The position numbers and the translations under genes were made by a program. Of a stretch of 64,000 nucleotides of DNA, positions 1 to 8,403 are shown piece by piece. Positions within the stretch are counted from its first letter, which is position 1. Every line of letters begins with the position of its first letter. A model generated the notes under the pieces. That model searched no databases. It saw nothing but the letters and a program-made list of their open reading frames with translations, and was not told where the DNA came from. Source of the DNA: an uncultured Bifidobacterium sp. (GTDB lineage: Bacteria > Bacteroidota > Bacteroidia > UKL13-3); contig CAYTWI010000006.1 of the NCBI GenBank assembly GCA_964442045.1, positions 1,971 to 65,970 on the forward strand, given 5' to 3'.

Positions 1-120
1 GGCCTTTAATTGCTGGTCGTTTGTTTCTTTAGCTGCCGTTTTATAACCTTCGTACCTGTCGTTGTTAATAATGATAAGATCTTTAATAAGGCCTGATGCT
101 TTGTCTGATGTTGTAATCAT
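1..120 (-). CDS. PA2169/DUF2383-like four-helix-bundle protein, N-terminal fragment (gene runs off the left edge)
   Basis: The reverse strand from the ATG at 120 reads MITTSDKASGLIKDLIIINNDRYEGYKTAAKETNDQQLKA with no stop. LIxINNDRxEGYxxAAKET resembles the N-terminus of DUF2383 proteins. It is too short in this window to appear in the ORF track. Confidence 0.45.
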   Translation of the reverse strand, partial: MITTSDKASGLIKDLIIINNDRYEGYKTAAKETNDQQLKA

Positions 121-355
121 AATTGTTTTTAATTTATGGCTGTGTATGGCTTACTCAAATACAACTAGCATGCCATCAGGCTAAGTGCACTTATTACTCA
201 TATACTAAACAGGCTTGTGTTGAATTTATCCTACAGCGGAGGAAAAAAATACTCATTCTTTTATCGTGAAACCGTTCAATACCTTGTAAAAACAATTGGC
301 ATGTTTTTTACATAGTATTTGGTATCAATCTCTTTTTTAAAGTATATAATATAGA

Positions 356-440
356 GGAGGAATAATGTTTACCAAAGTACTTGCTTCAAATGCATTACCT
401 GTTTTATAGAACAGGCAATGCATGTAAACCTTATTCCTCC
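356..440. repeat. Nested imperfect inverted repeat (17-bp outer arms, 12-bp inner hairpin)
   Basis: The outer arms are GGAGGAATAATGTTTAC (356-372) and GTAAACCTTATTCCTCC (424-440), complementary at 16/17 positions. The inner hairpin is GCATTACCTGTT (392-403) and AACAGGCAATGC (410-421), complementary at 11/12. Confidence 0.6.
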
Positions 441-494
441 TTACATTTTTAAAGCCGGGTAAATACCAGAAAAAGACTGCTTTATTATTAAATG

Positions 495-1265
495 CTATTG
501 CGTAATGTTTTTCTTATGGAATACTTTTAAACTAAAGTAAGCAATAAGCCAGGTCAATAATATAATAACCAATATTATTGCGGCATAGGATATAACAGGG
601 TTAGCCGTAACATTAGCCACACATATACCAGTAATAGCCCACACAATTACTAATGGATACACCTTGCTATTAAAACTAACACACATAACTACGGCTGCTA
701 TAAAAGCAATTACCATCATTATAATTGTCCAGGTGGAAAGGCTTAGTGGACCTCCGCTCCAGTTTACAGCAGCTAGCCATACAGAAAAGTTTGCAATGGT
801 TGCTACAGAAATCCAACCAAAGAAAAGACTAAACGGAAAAAGAAACCAGGTATAGGAAGCTCGGTATTTCTCTGCCCTGAAAAACAAAACCATGGCACTT
901 ACCAGTATCATCATCATAATAACTAAGCTGCCGCTAATTTGGTTGGAAGCAAATAAAACTATCCATACTGAACATAAAATATTGGCAATGGTCATTGGCC
1001 AGGCTAATACATTTAATACAGCTAAATTGCTTTGTGCGGGAAGCAACTGATAAACACCATATACAATAAAGGCAAGATAAATAACACCCCAAATTATAAA
1101 GGTATACGGAGCAGGTGTAAAGTAATTATAATGTAACTCCGATATTTCCTGCATAGTTAGTAACTCCGGAAACAGCTTATTATAAAACAAGTTAAAGCAT
1201 ACATTGAATATGATAGCTAAAAAAACTAGCAACCTGAGGATAGGTTTTCGGGTTAAAGTTTGCAT
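495..1265 (-). CDS. Polytopic membrane protein, tentatively TspO/MBR-related (tryptophan-rich)
   Basis: The ORF has at least 7 hydrophobic segments. The 'FTPAPYTFIIWGVIYL' string resembles the TspO-related family motif. I chose the internal ATG (MQTLTRKP...) because the longer ORF start at 1337 overlaps the upstream gene. Confidence 0.5.
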   Translation of the reverse strand: MQTLTRKPILRLLVFLAIIFNVCFNLFYNKLFPELLTMQEISELHYNYFTPAPYTFIIWGVIYLAFIVYGVYQLLPAQSNLAVLNVLAWPMTIANILCSVWIVLFASNQISGSLVIMMMILVSAMVLFFRAEKYRASYTWFLFPFSLFFGWISVATIANFSVWLAAVNWSGGPLSLSTWTIIMMVIAFIAAVVMCVSFNSKVYPLVIVWAITGICVANVTANPVISYAAIILVIILLTWLIAYFSLKVFHKKNITQ

Positions 1266-1297
1266 AATAGTTTTATTAAAAACAAAGTATTCTTCAC

Positions 1298-1729
1298 CTA
1301 CATAAGAGAAAGCATTTTGCCATTTTTTGTATCCCAAAAATCAGCATGCTCAGGTGTAATTCTTATAAATGTTAGGTTAGGATTTCTCTTCTCTTCAGGC
1401 AGTAGTGCTTTAATTAAATTGTTCCCCAGTTTTTCAATTTTGAGAAAATCTTTTATTACTTCTGCGTGACCGAGAATGCTTAAAAAATAGGTTTGAGAAG
1501 GTTTTGAATATATAAGCTGCACTTTATCGTCATTCATGTTTTCTATTTTCTTAGAAAAGTTATCCGAGCTTAAAAACCATATACTTCCGTCTTCGTCTAT
1601 TTTTCGCGTCCCCATAGGCCTTGTTTCAAAAGGCATTCCTTCTGTATGTGTGCAAAACATACATATGCTTATATCTTCTGCCACATCCTTTATTTTTTTT
1701 ATTGCATCGGAACGATTCATATTTTTCAT
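1298..1729 (-). CDS. Pyridoxamine 5'-phosphate oxidase-like general stress protein 26
   Basis: This 143-aa ORF has the pattern 'MFCTHTEGMPFETRPMG...DGSIWFLSS...KVQLIYSKP...FLSILGHAEV...TFIRITPEHADFWD', typical of the YdaG/GSP26 split-barrel family. Confidence 0.7.
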   Translation of the reverse strand: MKNMNRSDAIKKIKDVAEDISICMFCTHTEGMPFETRPMGTRKIDEDGSIWFLSSDNFSKKIENMNDDKVQLIYSKPSQTYFLSILGHAEVIKDFLKIEKLGNNLIKALLPEEKRNPNLTFIRITPEHADFWDTKNGKMLSLM

Positions 1730-1767
1730 AATAGATAAATTTTTATGTGGAGAGGTATTTACCTCGT

Positions 1768-2475
1768 TTATTTTAATAAAATACCTATCCCAACATTGAT
1801 GTTCATGGTACTGTAATTCTGATCAATATTAGAAGTAGATGTGTTTCCGAAAGAGGTTCTTGTTACTACGTCATTAAAGGTAGGATTGGCTGCAATAAAA
1901 TCAGCTCCTGCTAATAAGCATAAGTAATCTCCAGCTCTGTAGCGAAACATAAACCCCAAATCGAAGGTTGGTGCTGAAGCTGTTTTTTGTTCGCGTGTGG
2001 CTGTTGCACCTGCAATGCCTGATGTAGCAGTGGCTCTTATTTCGGGCATGGTAGTATTTAATACACCACCTAATAAACGTACATCAAACGATAAATTTTC
2101 ACTGGCCGGAAAAGTGGCAAACCCACCAACCATTAATCCGCCAATTCTCCAGCGGTCCGCAGAAATAGTCCAATTAGTACCCGGATAAGTTTTATTAAAA
2201 TCAGAAGCAAGCGCATCTGCATCAACAGGATTACTTGTACCCGTAAGCATGGCTGTTAGGCCTAAACTGCGGCCAAGCCTGTAGGCAAAAGTAATATTTA
2301 AATTCGCTCCAGCCATTGCATAACCGGCATCATCGTTCCCGGAACTGGTGCTTGAAAAATCTGAAAAAGGAATAGACGGACCAAATCCAAATGTTAAATA
2401 TCCGCGTTTGTCATCTTGCGCGTTGGCTTGTATGCATGTAACTATAAGAAATAGGTATGTTAGTATTGCTTTCAT
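1768..2475 (-). CDS. Outer-membrane beta-barrel (porin-family) protein
   Basis: It has a signal peptide (MKAILTYLFLIVTCIQANAQ). The mature part is Gly/Ala/Thr/Ser-rich with alternating strands. Confidence 0.55.
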   Translation of the reverse strand: MKAILTYLFLIVTCIQANAQDDKRGYLTFGFGPSIPFSDFSSTSSGNDDAGYAMAGANLNITFAYRLGRSLGLTAMLTGTSNPVDADALASDFNKTYPGTNWTISADRWRIGGLMVGGFATFPASENLSFDVRLLGGVLNTTMPEIRATATSGIAGATATREQKTASAPTFDLGFMFRYRAGDYLCLLAGADFIAANPTFNDVVTRTSFGNTSTSNIDQNYSTMNINVGIGILLK

Positions 2476-2773
2476 AATTATTATTTTTATAATTATGAAT
2501 AGAGAAAAACAGTGCCAAATAAAAAAGCCACGGTATAAGGCACTATAAGGTTTTATTGTGGAATGGATGGATTATTTATGAGAACTTTATTCTACAAAAT
2601 AGTAAAGCTAACTATTCAGGTTTGTAGCCATCATCTTTCATAAAGTCAATTGTTTTGCGCATTTTCCCTGTGTGTTTTCAAAACAAACCTTTCAATAAAG
2701 GTGCAGAAAAAAATGCTCTTTAAAGAGGCTGTTGTGTAAGAATGAAAATACCGTTAAAGAATGCGAAATGTAA

Positions 2774-3268
2774 TTAAGCAGTAACGAGCATATTCACAGG
2801 GAATTTTCCATTAAAAGCTATTGCTAAAAACTCCTGTTTGTTAAGCTTACGTTCAACAAATAACTGCCAGTCAATAGCCAAAAGAGAATGAACCAGTGTT
2901 TTAAGTTCTTTAAAATTATATGGCTTTGAAAAGAACAGGTTGGCTCCGCTGTTAAAACAAACTTCTATATCGTGCGGATCTTTTGATGTGGACAATACTA
3001 TAATGGGAAGCTTGTCAAATTTAGCATTAGACCGGATTTCCAATAAACATTCAATACCGTTTTTGTTAGGCATATTTAAATCCATTAAAACAAGGTCGGG
3101 AAGTATCTCTTTTGCAAGTGTGGAAATTAATTGGCATCCATCTGAAACCATTTGCATTAATGGGGGATACTCAAGGTCTTCCAAAGCTTCTTGTAATAGA
3201 ACCTGATCGTCACAATCATCATCTGCAATTATTAATTTCTTAATACTATTTTTTTGAACAGCGCTCAT
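2774..3268 (-). CDS. Stand-alone response regulator (receiver domain only)
   Basis: Receiver-domain landmarks are present: 'IIADDDCDD', 'LVLMDLNMPNKNG' (phospho-Asp), 'IIVLSTS' and 'FFSKPY'. There is no output domain. Confidence 0.85.
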   Translation of the reverse strand: MSAVQKNSIKKLIIADDDCDDQVLLQEALEDLEYPPLMQMVSDGCQLISTLAKEILPDLVLMDLNMPNKNGIECLLEIRSNAKFDKLPIIVLSTSKDPHDIEVCFNSGANLFFSKPYNFKELKTLVHSLLAIDWQLFVERKLNKQEFLAIAFNGKFPVNMLVTA

Positions 3269-3376
3269 GTTAAGTTTTTGGACAATGTTTTATATTTCAC
3301 TCAATAATAGGGAAATATAATTACAAACAAAGTTTTAATAGCACTTTTTTAATTTAAGCTGCTGTTTTATTTATAT

Positions 3377-3419
3377 AAAATACAAAACGAGGGCGTAGCA
3401 TTTAACTGCTGCGCCCTCG
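3377..3419 (-). terminator. Rho-independent terminator of the 3444..5138 gene
   Basis: The minus strand reads CGAGGGCGCAGCA-loop-TGCTACGCCCTCG followed by TTTTGTATTTT, 25 nt after the stop codon. Confidence 0.7.
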
Positions 3420-3443
3420 CCAATTAGTGAATATACTGATACC

Positions 3444-5138
3444 TTAGTAGGTAACTACTTTTATTGTTTTGCTGCTTTCTCCACTTGTAACGTTCACAAA
3501 GTAAATTCCTGCCGAATATGATTCTAAAGAAATTTTATTGGCATACTTACCTGATTGAATTAAAGATTGAACATAAACCACGTCACCAATAATGTTGGTA
3601 ACAGTAATTACTGTTTGCTGTTTTTGTTTAACTGAGAAATCTATAGCAAACACCTTGTTATTAGGATTAGGATAAATAACTAAATCGGAGATGTTTCCTG
3701 AAACTGTTTCTACACCGGTAGAAAGGCTTACTTTCACTGAATCGGATACAATGCAACCATAGGCATTTTCTACATCAACCCTGTAAGTACCCGCAACACC
3801 AACCGTATTTGTTCTTGAAACAACGCCTGTAGCAATACCATCTCTGTACCATTTATAAGTTGAACCAACATTACCTGCATTCAATGTAATAGTACAAGTA
3901 GAACAAATAGTTGTATCCGGACCTAAATTAACTACAGGAGCTGCTCCTACATTTATAACCTGTGTTAAGCTGCTTTGGCATGTTCCGTTGTCTGCAATCA
4001 GTCTTATTGAGTATGTACCAATTGTATCAAACTGATAGCTATAGTCTGTATTTAAGCTTACTGTATCACCATCCTGTAACCAAATATAGCTGGTAGCATT
4101 TTTACTTTGATTGGTAAAGTTTGCAGTACTATGGATACAGATACTATCGTTAGGTAAAGCATCAAATAAAACGGTAGGGCAAGTTCTTATAACTGTTCCT
4201 GCTGCACCTGCTGCATAACCTCTGTACTGGTCGGTAAAAGCAATATCTTTTAACTCGTTCACAGTGCCGCTTACTGTTGTTGTCCATGTAGTTCCTCCAT
4301 TTATAGTTCTTAAAAGAGTACCTGCTGCACCTGCTATATAACCACTGTCTTTACTTACAAAATAAACAGCATTTAAGTTATTCAATCCTCCGCCTGTTTG
4401 AGTAGTCCAGTTAGCGCCATAGTTTGTTGTTTTAATAATGGTTCCAATGTTTCCAACTACATATGCAGTTGAATCGTTTATAAAAAACACATCGTTTAAT
4501 TGTGAAGTAGCTCCGGTTGAAATTGGCGTCCATACGGTTCCTGAATTGTAGGTTGCAAGCAAAGTTGCTGAAAGAACACCACCACCCGCTACTACAGCAC
4601 TGGTATTATTCATCATAAATACACTGTTTAAGTTGTTTGTTGTATTTGAAGTAAGTGAAGTAATGGTTGTTCCTGAAATACGTAATATAACTCCGCCATT
4701 ACCAACAATAAATCCTTCTCCGTCTTTTATAGCAATATCGTTTAATTGAGCAGTGGTTCCGCTTGGAATTGTTGACCAGCTTGTTCCTCCGTTAATGGTC
4801 ATTAATACAAGTCCGCTATCACCTACAATATAACCTGTATCAATTATATTGTTAGAGAAGCTAACAGCTAAAAGGTCTTTTACTGTTCCTGAGTTTTGTA
4901 AAATCCAGGTGTTTCCGCTGTTGGTTGTTTTAATAATTCTTCCGCCTGAAGCAACGGCAAAACCTGTGTTAACTGATTTTGAAAATGTAAGCCCGTTTAT
5001 ATCATCGGTAATTAAAGAGCTTTGGGTTCCCCACGTTTGGGCATTTAAAGAAAATGATACGCTGATTGCAATGATAAGAAGAGAAATATTTTTCACATGC
5101 TGCACTGCCTGTTTTGTTTTAAGTACTATTGTTTTCAT
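3444..5138 (-). CDS. Secreted BNR/Ycf48-like beta-propeller protein with a PKD-like domain and a T9SS type-A C-terminal sorting domain
   Basis: It has a signal peptide and repeated Asp-box-like motifs (TTNSGNTW, TINGGTSW, TYNSGTVW, TTNYGANW, TINGGTTW). The C-terminus '...LVIYPNPNNKVFAIDF...GIYFVNV...KVVTY' is typical of a Por/T9SS CTD. Confidence 0.8.
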   Translation of the reverse strand: MKTIVLKTKQAVQHVKNISLLIIAISVSFSLNAQTWGTQSSLITDDINGLTFSKSVNTGFAVASGGRIIKTTNSGNTWILQNSGTVKDLLAVSFSNNIIDTGYIVGDSGLVLMTINGGTSWSTIPSGTTAQLNDIAIKDGEGFIVGNGGVILRISGTTITSLTSNTTNNLNSVFMMNNTSAVVAGGGVLSATLLATYNSGTVWTPISTGATSQLNDVFFINDSTAYVVGNIGTIIKTTNYGANWTTQTGGGLNNLNAVYFVSKDSGYIAGAAGTLLRTINGGTTWTTTVSGTVNELKDIAFTDQYRGYAAGAAGTVIRTCPTVLFDALPNDSICIHSTANFTNQSKNATSYIWLQDGDTVSLNTDYSYQFDTIGTYSIRLIADNGTCQSSLTQVINVGAAPVVNLGPDTTICSTCTITLNAGNVGSTYKWYRDGIATGVVSRTNTVGVAGTYRVDVENAYGCIVSDSVKVSLSTGVETVSGNISDLVIYPNPNNKVFAIDFSVKQKQQTVITVTNIIGDVVYVQSLIQSGKYANKISLESYSAGIYFVNVTSGESSKTIKVVTY

Positions 5139-5394
5139 AATTGATTGTTTTTTTTATGTACCGTACATTAGTTCAAAATCATACCTTCATTTATTCAAAG
5201 CATGAAGAAGCCCGTAACTATTGCCGACCCGGCAGCTATTACAGGCAAAGCACTAAATGGGGCATGTGGTGATTTTTTACTCAGATGGGAATTGTTTGCC
5301 ACACTTTATCTTTTTAAACATGCTGCTGTGCACTGTTAAAAGTGTAAAAGCGCGTTGGCATGGTTTTGTAATAGGATAAGAGAAAGAAAGAACC

Positions 5395-5757
5395 ATGGAA
5401 AATACAGAAAAAACGGAGATGAAAACCCTCTCTTCCTGCATGAATAAACTAAAGGGAGAAGGTTTTAAAGACGAGTACACTGTTAAAGGCAATTTATTAA
5501 CGTCTACAGATTCAGGCGAGAGTTATACTTCTGATGATGTTAAAATTGTAAACTTTTACCGCTTTGAAGGCGATAGCGACCCCAGTGATAATGCTATATT
5601 GTATGCGCTCCAAACGGAGGACGGCAAAAAAGGATTATTAATAAATGCTTATGGTATGTACGCTGACGGTGATACCGGTAAGTTTATTGTTAATGTAAAG
5701 GACATCAATAAAAAAATGGATCAGGACGGGCCCGATTCAAAACATATAGATACCTGA
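5395..5757 (+). CDS. Conserved hypothetical small acidic protein
   Basis: This is a 120-aa ORF with an ATG start. 'VNFYRFEGDSDPSDNAILYALQTEDGKKGLLINAYGMYAD' resembles a small family widespread in Bacteroidota. The function is unknown. Confidence 0.55.
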   Translation: MENTEKTEMKTLSSCMNKLKGEGFKDEYTVKGNLLTSTDSGESYTSDDVKIVNFYRFEGDSDPSDNAILYALQTEDGKKGLLINAYGMYADGDTGKFIVNVKDINKKMDQDGPDSKHIDT

Positions 5758-5816
5758 AATTTTATAAACACAGGCACTCGTTTATACCATGTATCATTAC
5801 ACATACGGTCATTTAT

Positions 5817-5844
5817 ATTAAGCACGCAATCCTGCGTGCTTAAT
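5817..5844 (+). terminator. Perfect 12-bp hairpin downstream of 5395..5757
   Basis: The sequence is ATTAAGCACGCA-ATCC-TGCGTGCTTAAT followed by TTGCTTT, which is a weak U-tract. Confidence 0.5.
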
Positions 5845-6109
5845 TTGCTTTAGACATATTATTATAAAGGGTTGTTGAATGTATGAAGGCCAATGCTGTA
5901 ACAAAAGCATATATGGAAAAAATTTCCCTAATGAAATTACAAATGTGGGATAAAATGCCACATAAAAACGGGTACTTTTTATTGATATATAAAATCAGGT
6001 AAGCATGCAGAAGCCCGTTAACAAAGGAAACAAGAAGCATATAAACTGTTGTTTTAAAAAATGGCATGCTTTTGCTTCATTAGTTAAATACATTTAATGA
6101 ATAAATATT

Positions 6110-6280
6110 ATGCAAACGCAAAAACCAAATCAAAAAGACGACCAACGCAAACATAACGACAGAGATGTTGCAGGTAACGCTAAAAACTTGAATACTAAAA
6201 ATGAGTCAGGTTTAAAAAAAGATGCAGAAGTTGATAAAAACGCAACTAAAAAACCTTCGCCTACACAAAAAGACAGATAA
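6110..6280 (+). CDS. Small (56 aa) highly charged hydrophilic protein, below the ORF-track cutoff
   Basis: ATG 6110 to TAA 6280 encodes MQTQKPNQKDDQRKHNDRDVAGNAKNLNTKNESGLKKDAEVDKNATKKPSPTQKDR. A strong terminator follows 26 nt later. The composition resembles small stress-induced or hydrophilin-like proteins. Confidence 0.45.
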   Translation: MQTQKPNQKDDQRKHNDRDVAGNAKNLNTKNESGLKKDAEVDKNATKKPSPTQKDR

Positions 6281-6305
6281 TCTATCTACGCTATTTTGTT
6301 GTTAT

Positions 6306-6337
6306 AAAAATCCGCCTCTGCAGCGGATTTTTATTTT
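6306..6337 (+). terminator. Rho-independent terminator
   Basis: The sequence is AAAAATCCGC-CTCTGCA-GCGGATTTTT followed by ATTTTT. Confidence 0.75.
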
Positions 6338-6503
6338 TAAGGTAATCATAGTTTAAAATGGTTGGAGTACATTTTTTTATTCAATGCTTATTTAATTGGA
6401 AATAGTAAACTTCACAAAGCAACATTTTAAAACAATATAAATAATAAGACTGCTGAAAACTTATTCGGAACAGCATTTGCTTTTTTCTATAAAACACATT
6501 CCA

Positions 6504-6722
6504 ATGAAACCGCCTTATTATATTAACCCGCTTGAAGCAAACGATGTTCAATACTGGACAAGAAAATGGGATATAACCCCAAAAGAATTAAACAATGCTA
6601 TCCTGGAAACAGGCAGTAATAATATAAATATACTCAAAGAAAACCTGAAAAGTAAAGGTTTGTATCTTTTCCCCTTGGGGAAAACAATACACGATTTAAT
6701 GATTAGAATAAAATTGAGGTAA
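6504..6722 (+). CDS. DUF3606-like small protein
   Basis: 'EANDVQYWTRKWDITPKELNNAILETGSN' matches the DUF3606 pattern (xEVxYWxxKxGVSxxEL). I preferred the ATG at 6504 over the TTG at 6477. Confidence 0.55.
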   Translation: MKPPYYINPLEANDVQYWTRKWDITPKELNNAILETGSNNINILKENLKSKGLYLFPLGKTIHDLMIRIKLR

Positions 6723-6737
6723 TTATTCCTCAACTTT

Positions 6738-7097
6738 TTATTTGTTAATTACTACCATATCGGCAATGGAATACGCTTCGTTCGAAACAATCAAATCAAA
6801 ATGTTTAATATAACCCATAAACTGTTTCCACCCCATTTCAAGCTTAAACTTTTTCACGGGTAATTTACTGTGCGGATAACTGTTTTTCTCAAGAGCCGAT
6901 TTATCTAATGCATACAGTGTAGCAATAATGCCGGATTCACTGGCCATTATTTTCAAAGCAACCGGATCAAACCTGTCCGGATTATAATCTGTAATATTGG
7001 TGGCCAGTATATTAAAATCTTCTTTGTTATGAAAATCTAATGCTGCAAAGCCGGTAAGTCCATGTTCGCGTTTTTCAAATGGTTGTTCAGGTATCAT
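6738..7097 (-). CDS. Hypothetical protein (119 aa)
   Basis: This is a clean ORF with non-repetitive composition. I recognise no motif. Confidence 0.45.
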   Translation of the reverse strand: MIPEQPFEKREHGLTGFAALDFHNKEDFNILATNITDYNPDRFDPVALKIMASESGIIATLYALDKSALEKNSYPHSKLPVKKFKLEMGWKQFMGYIKHFDLIVSNEAYSIADMVVINK

Positions 7098-7485
7098 GTG
7101 TTTATGTATTACGTTTTCTTATATAAAAATTATAGCCGCATCTTGGGGTAAGGGTTTTCATTTCCTCACCACTTAATAATATAATTATATAAGGCTAAAA
7201 ACCGTACCAACAATATGTGCTCAGGTATTATAAAAAGTGTGGAACAGCAAAGAAAAATGAGGAAAAAAACTCTCATTTTTCAGTGGTCGTTTTTTGGCAT
7301 TTATATAAGCAAACTGTTTCGTAAAAAAATTTGAAACATCAGTATTAACGGGCTATTACAATTGTATGAAGTTGCTTTTTTGCCGCTGAACTTATTTCAT
7401 TTAAAAGGTATTGGCACAGTTTTTTGAGGTAATAATATACTTTCATTAAAGAAAGCTATATATACAAACTTTAAAATAAACAACT

Positions 7486-8082
7486 ATGAGTAACCAGGTA
7501 ACAATAAACCGTACCATTAAAATAATAGCACTTGGCTGGATTCTTCTTCTTGCCCTTTTGTTAATTCTTACTTCTTGTGGCAACAGTCCGCAAACAAAAG
7601 ATACAAAAGAGGTAGCCGAAAACCATAACGAGGCAAAATTTGCAAACAATGACGTAGAAAAAGATGCGCAATATTTAGTTGATGCATACAACAGTGGTCT
7701 ATATGAACTGGAAGCCTCGCAACATGCAAAACAAAAGGCAGTAAACAGTAATATAAAACACCTTGCTGCTGAGATGGTCGAATCACACGCTAAAATGAAT
7801 GTTTCAATAAAGTCATTGGCCGACAAAAAACAGGTTTCATTACCTGTTAAGTTAAATGACGACCAAATGAAAGAAATTAAAGACTACAGCGATAAAAAAG
7901 GAGCAGATTATGAGAAAGCCTATATTGATAAAATGGTAAGCGATCATGAGAAAGCCATTAAACTATCAGAAGAAGCAGCCGAGAAAGCACACGATCCTGA
8001 AATCAGAAATCTTTTCAATAGTTCATTACCAACATTGAGACATCATTTGGAAATGGCAATGGCTATAAAAGATAAAATGTAA
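7486..8082 (+). CDS. DUF4142 domain lipoprotein
   Basis: It has a lipobox (LILTSC). Two helical repeats, 'DAQYLVDAYNSGLYELEASQHA...' and 'YIDKMVSDHEKAIKLSEEAA...', are typical of DUF4142. Confidence 0.7.
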   Translation: MSNQVTINRTIKIIALGWILLLALLLILTSCGNSPQTKDTKEVAENHNEAKFANNDVEKDAQYLVDAYNSGLYELEASQHAKQKAVNSNIKHLAAEMVESHAKMNVSIKSLADKKQVSLPVKLNDDQMKEIKDYSDKKGADYEKAYIDKMVSDHEKAIKLSEEAAEKAHDPEIRNLFNSSLPTLRHHLEMAMAIKDKM

Positions 8083-8114
8083 ATAAAAATCTTTCTTTCA
8101 TAGGAAAAGCATTA

Positions 8115-8146
8115 AGTCGGGTGTCTGTAAAGATGCCTGGCTTTTT
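8115..8146 (+). terminator. Putative terminator of the DUF4142 gene
   Basis: The stem AGTCGGGTGTC/GATGCCTGGCT has 11 bp including 4 G-U pairs as RNA, followed by TTTTT. Confidence 0.45.
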
Positions 8147-8348
8147 GCATTTATAAAGCATGATGAATTTAAAAGCGTTATTCCTATTGGCTATTATAAG
8201 CTAGGCTGCCTTATTATCCAAAACCAGCTCAAAACATACAGAGCAGATTGGTTGTAATAGGTAAAGGGCTTATAAGCGCTTTGATTATATATAAACTTAC
8301 AATGCATAAATACCATAACAGGTTAAAATAAATAAGTACCGCTGATTT

Positions 8349-8391
8349 AATAAACAGAAAGCCCATTAAGGCTATTTAAACGGGCTTTCTG
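8349..8391 (-). terminator. Terminator of the 1301-aa gene
   Basis: The perfect 10-bp stem CAGAAAGCCC/GGGCTTTCTG begins 13 nt after the stop at 8404, followed by TTTATT on the minus strand. Confidence 0.65.
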
Positions 8392-8403
8392 TTTACTTTT
8401 AGC

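Noticed and set aside
239-268. The motif GAGGAAAAAAA(n)CTCATT(n)TTTT..GTG occurs here and at 7259-7286, each 120-190 nt upstream of a minus-strand start. A weaker third match lies near 2701-2735.
   Set aside because: The identical core is mostly a 7-A run. The remaining matches are short and T-rich, so I cannot separate this from chance in AT-rich intergenic DNA without a genome-wide motif test.
5277-5492. A 71-aa minus-strand ORF overlaps the start of ORF 5395..5757.
   Set aside because: It overlaps the better-supported plus-strand gene and its promoter region. It has no recognisable features.
5840-6067. A 75-aa minus-strand ORF has two hydrophobic stretches and could be a small membrane protein.
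   Set aside because: Its 3' end runs into the 5817-5844 hairpin, and it contains the 6001-6022 motif shared with another intergenic site. Phe/Ile/Leu/Tyr-rich peptides arise readily by chance at this AT content. It remains unresolved rather than excluded (about 0.2 probability).
7446-7826. Minus-strand ORFs of 126 aa and 72 aa overlap the DUF4142 gene.
   Set aside because: The plus-strand frame has a lipobox and recognisable DUF4142 repeats. The antisense ORFs are Cys/Phe/Ser-rich, composition-driven noise.
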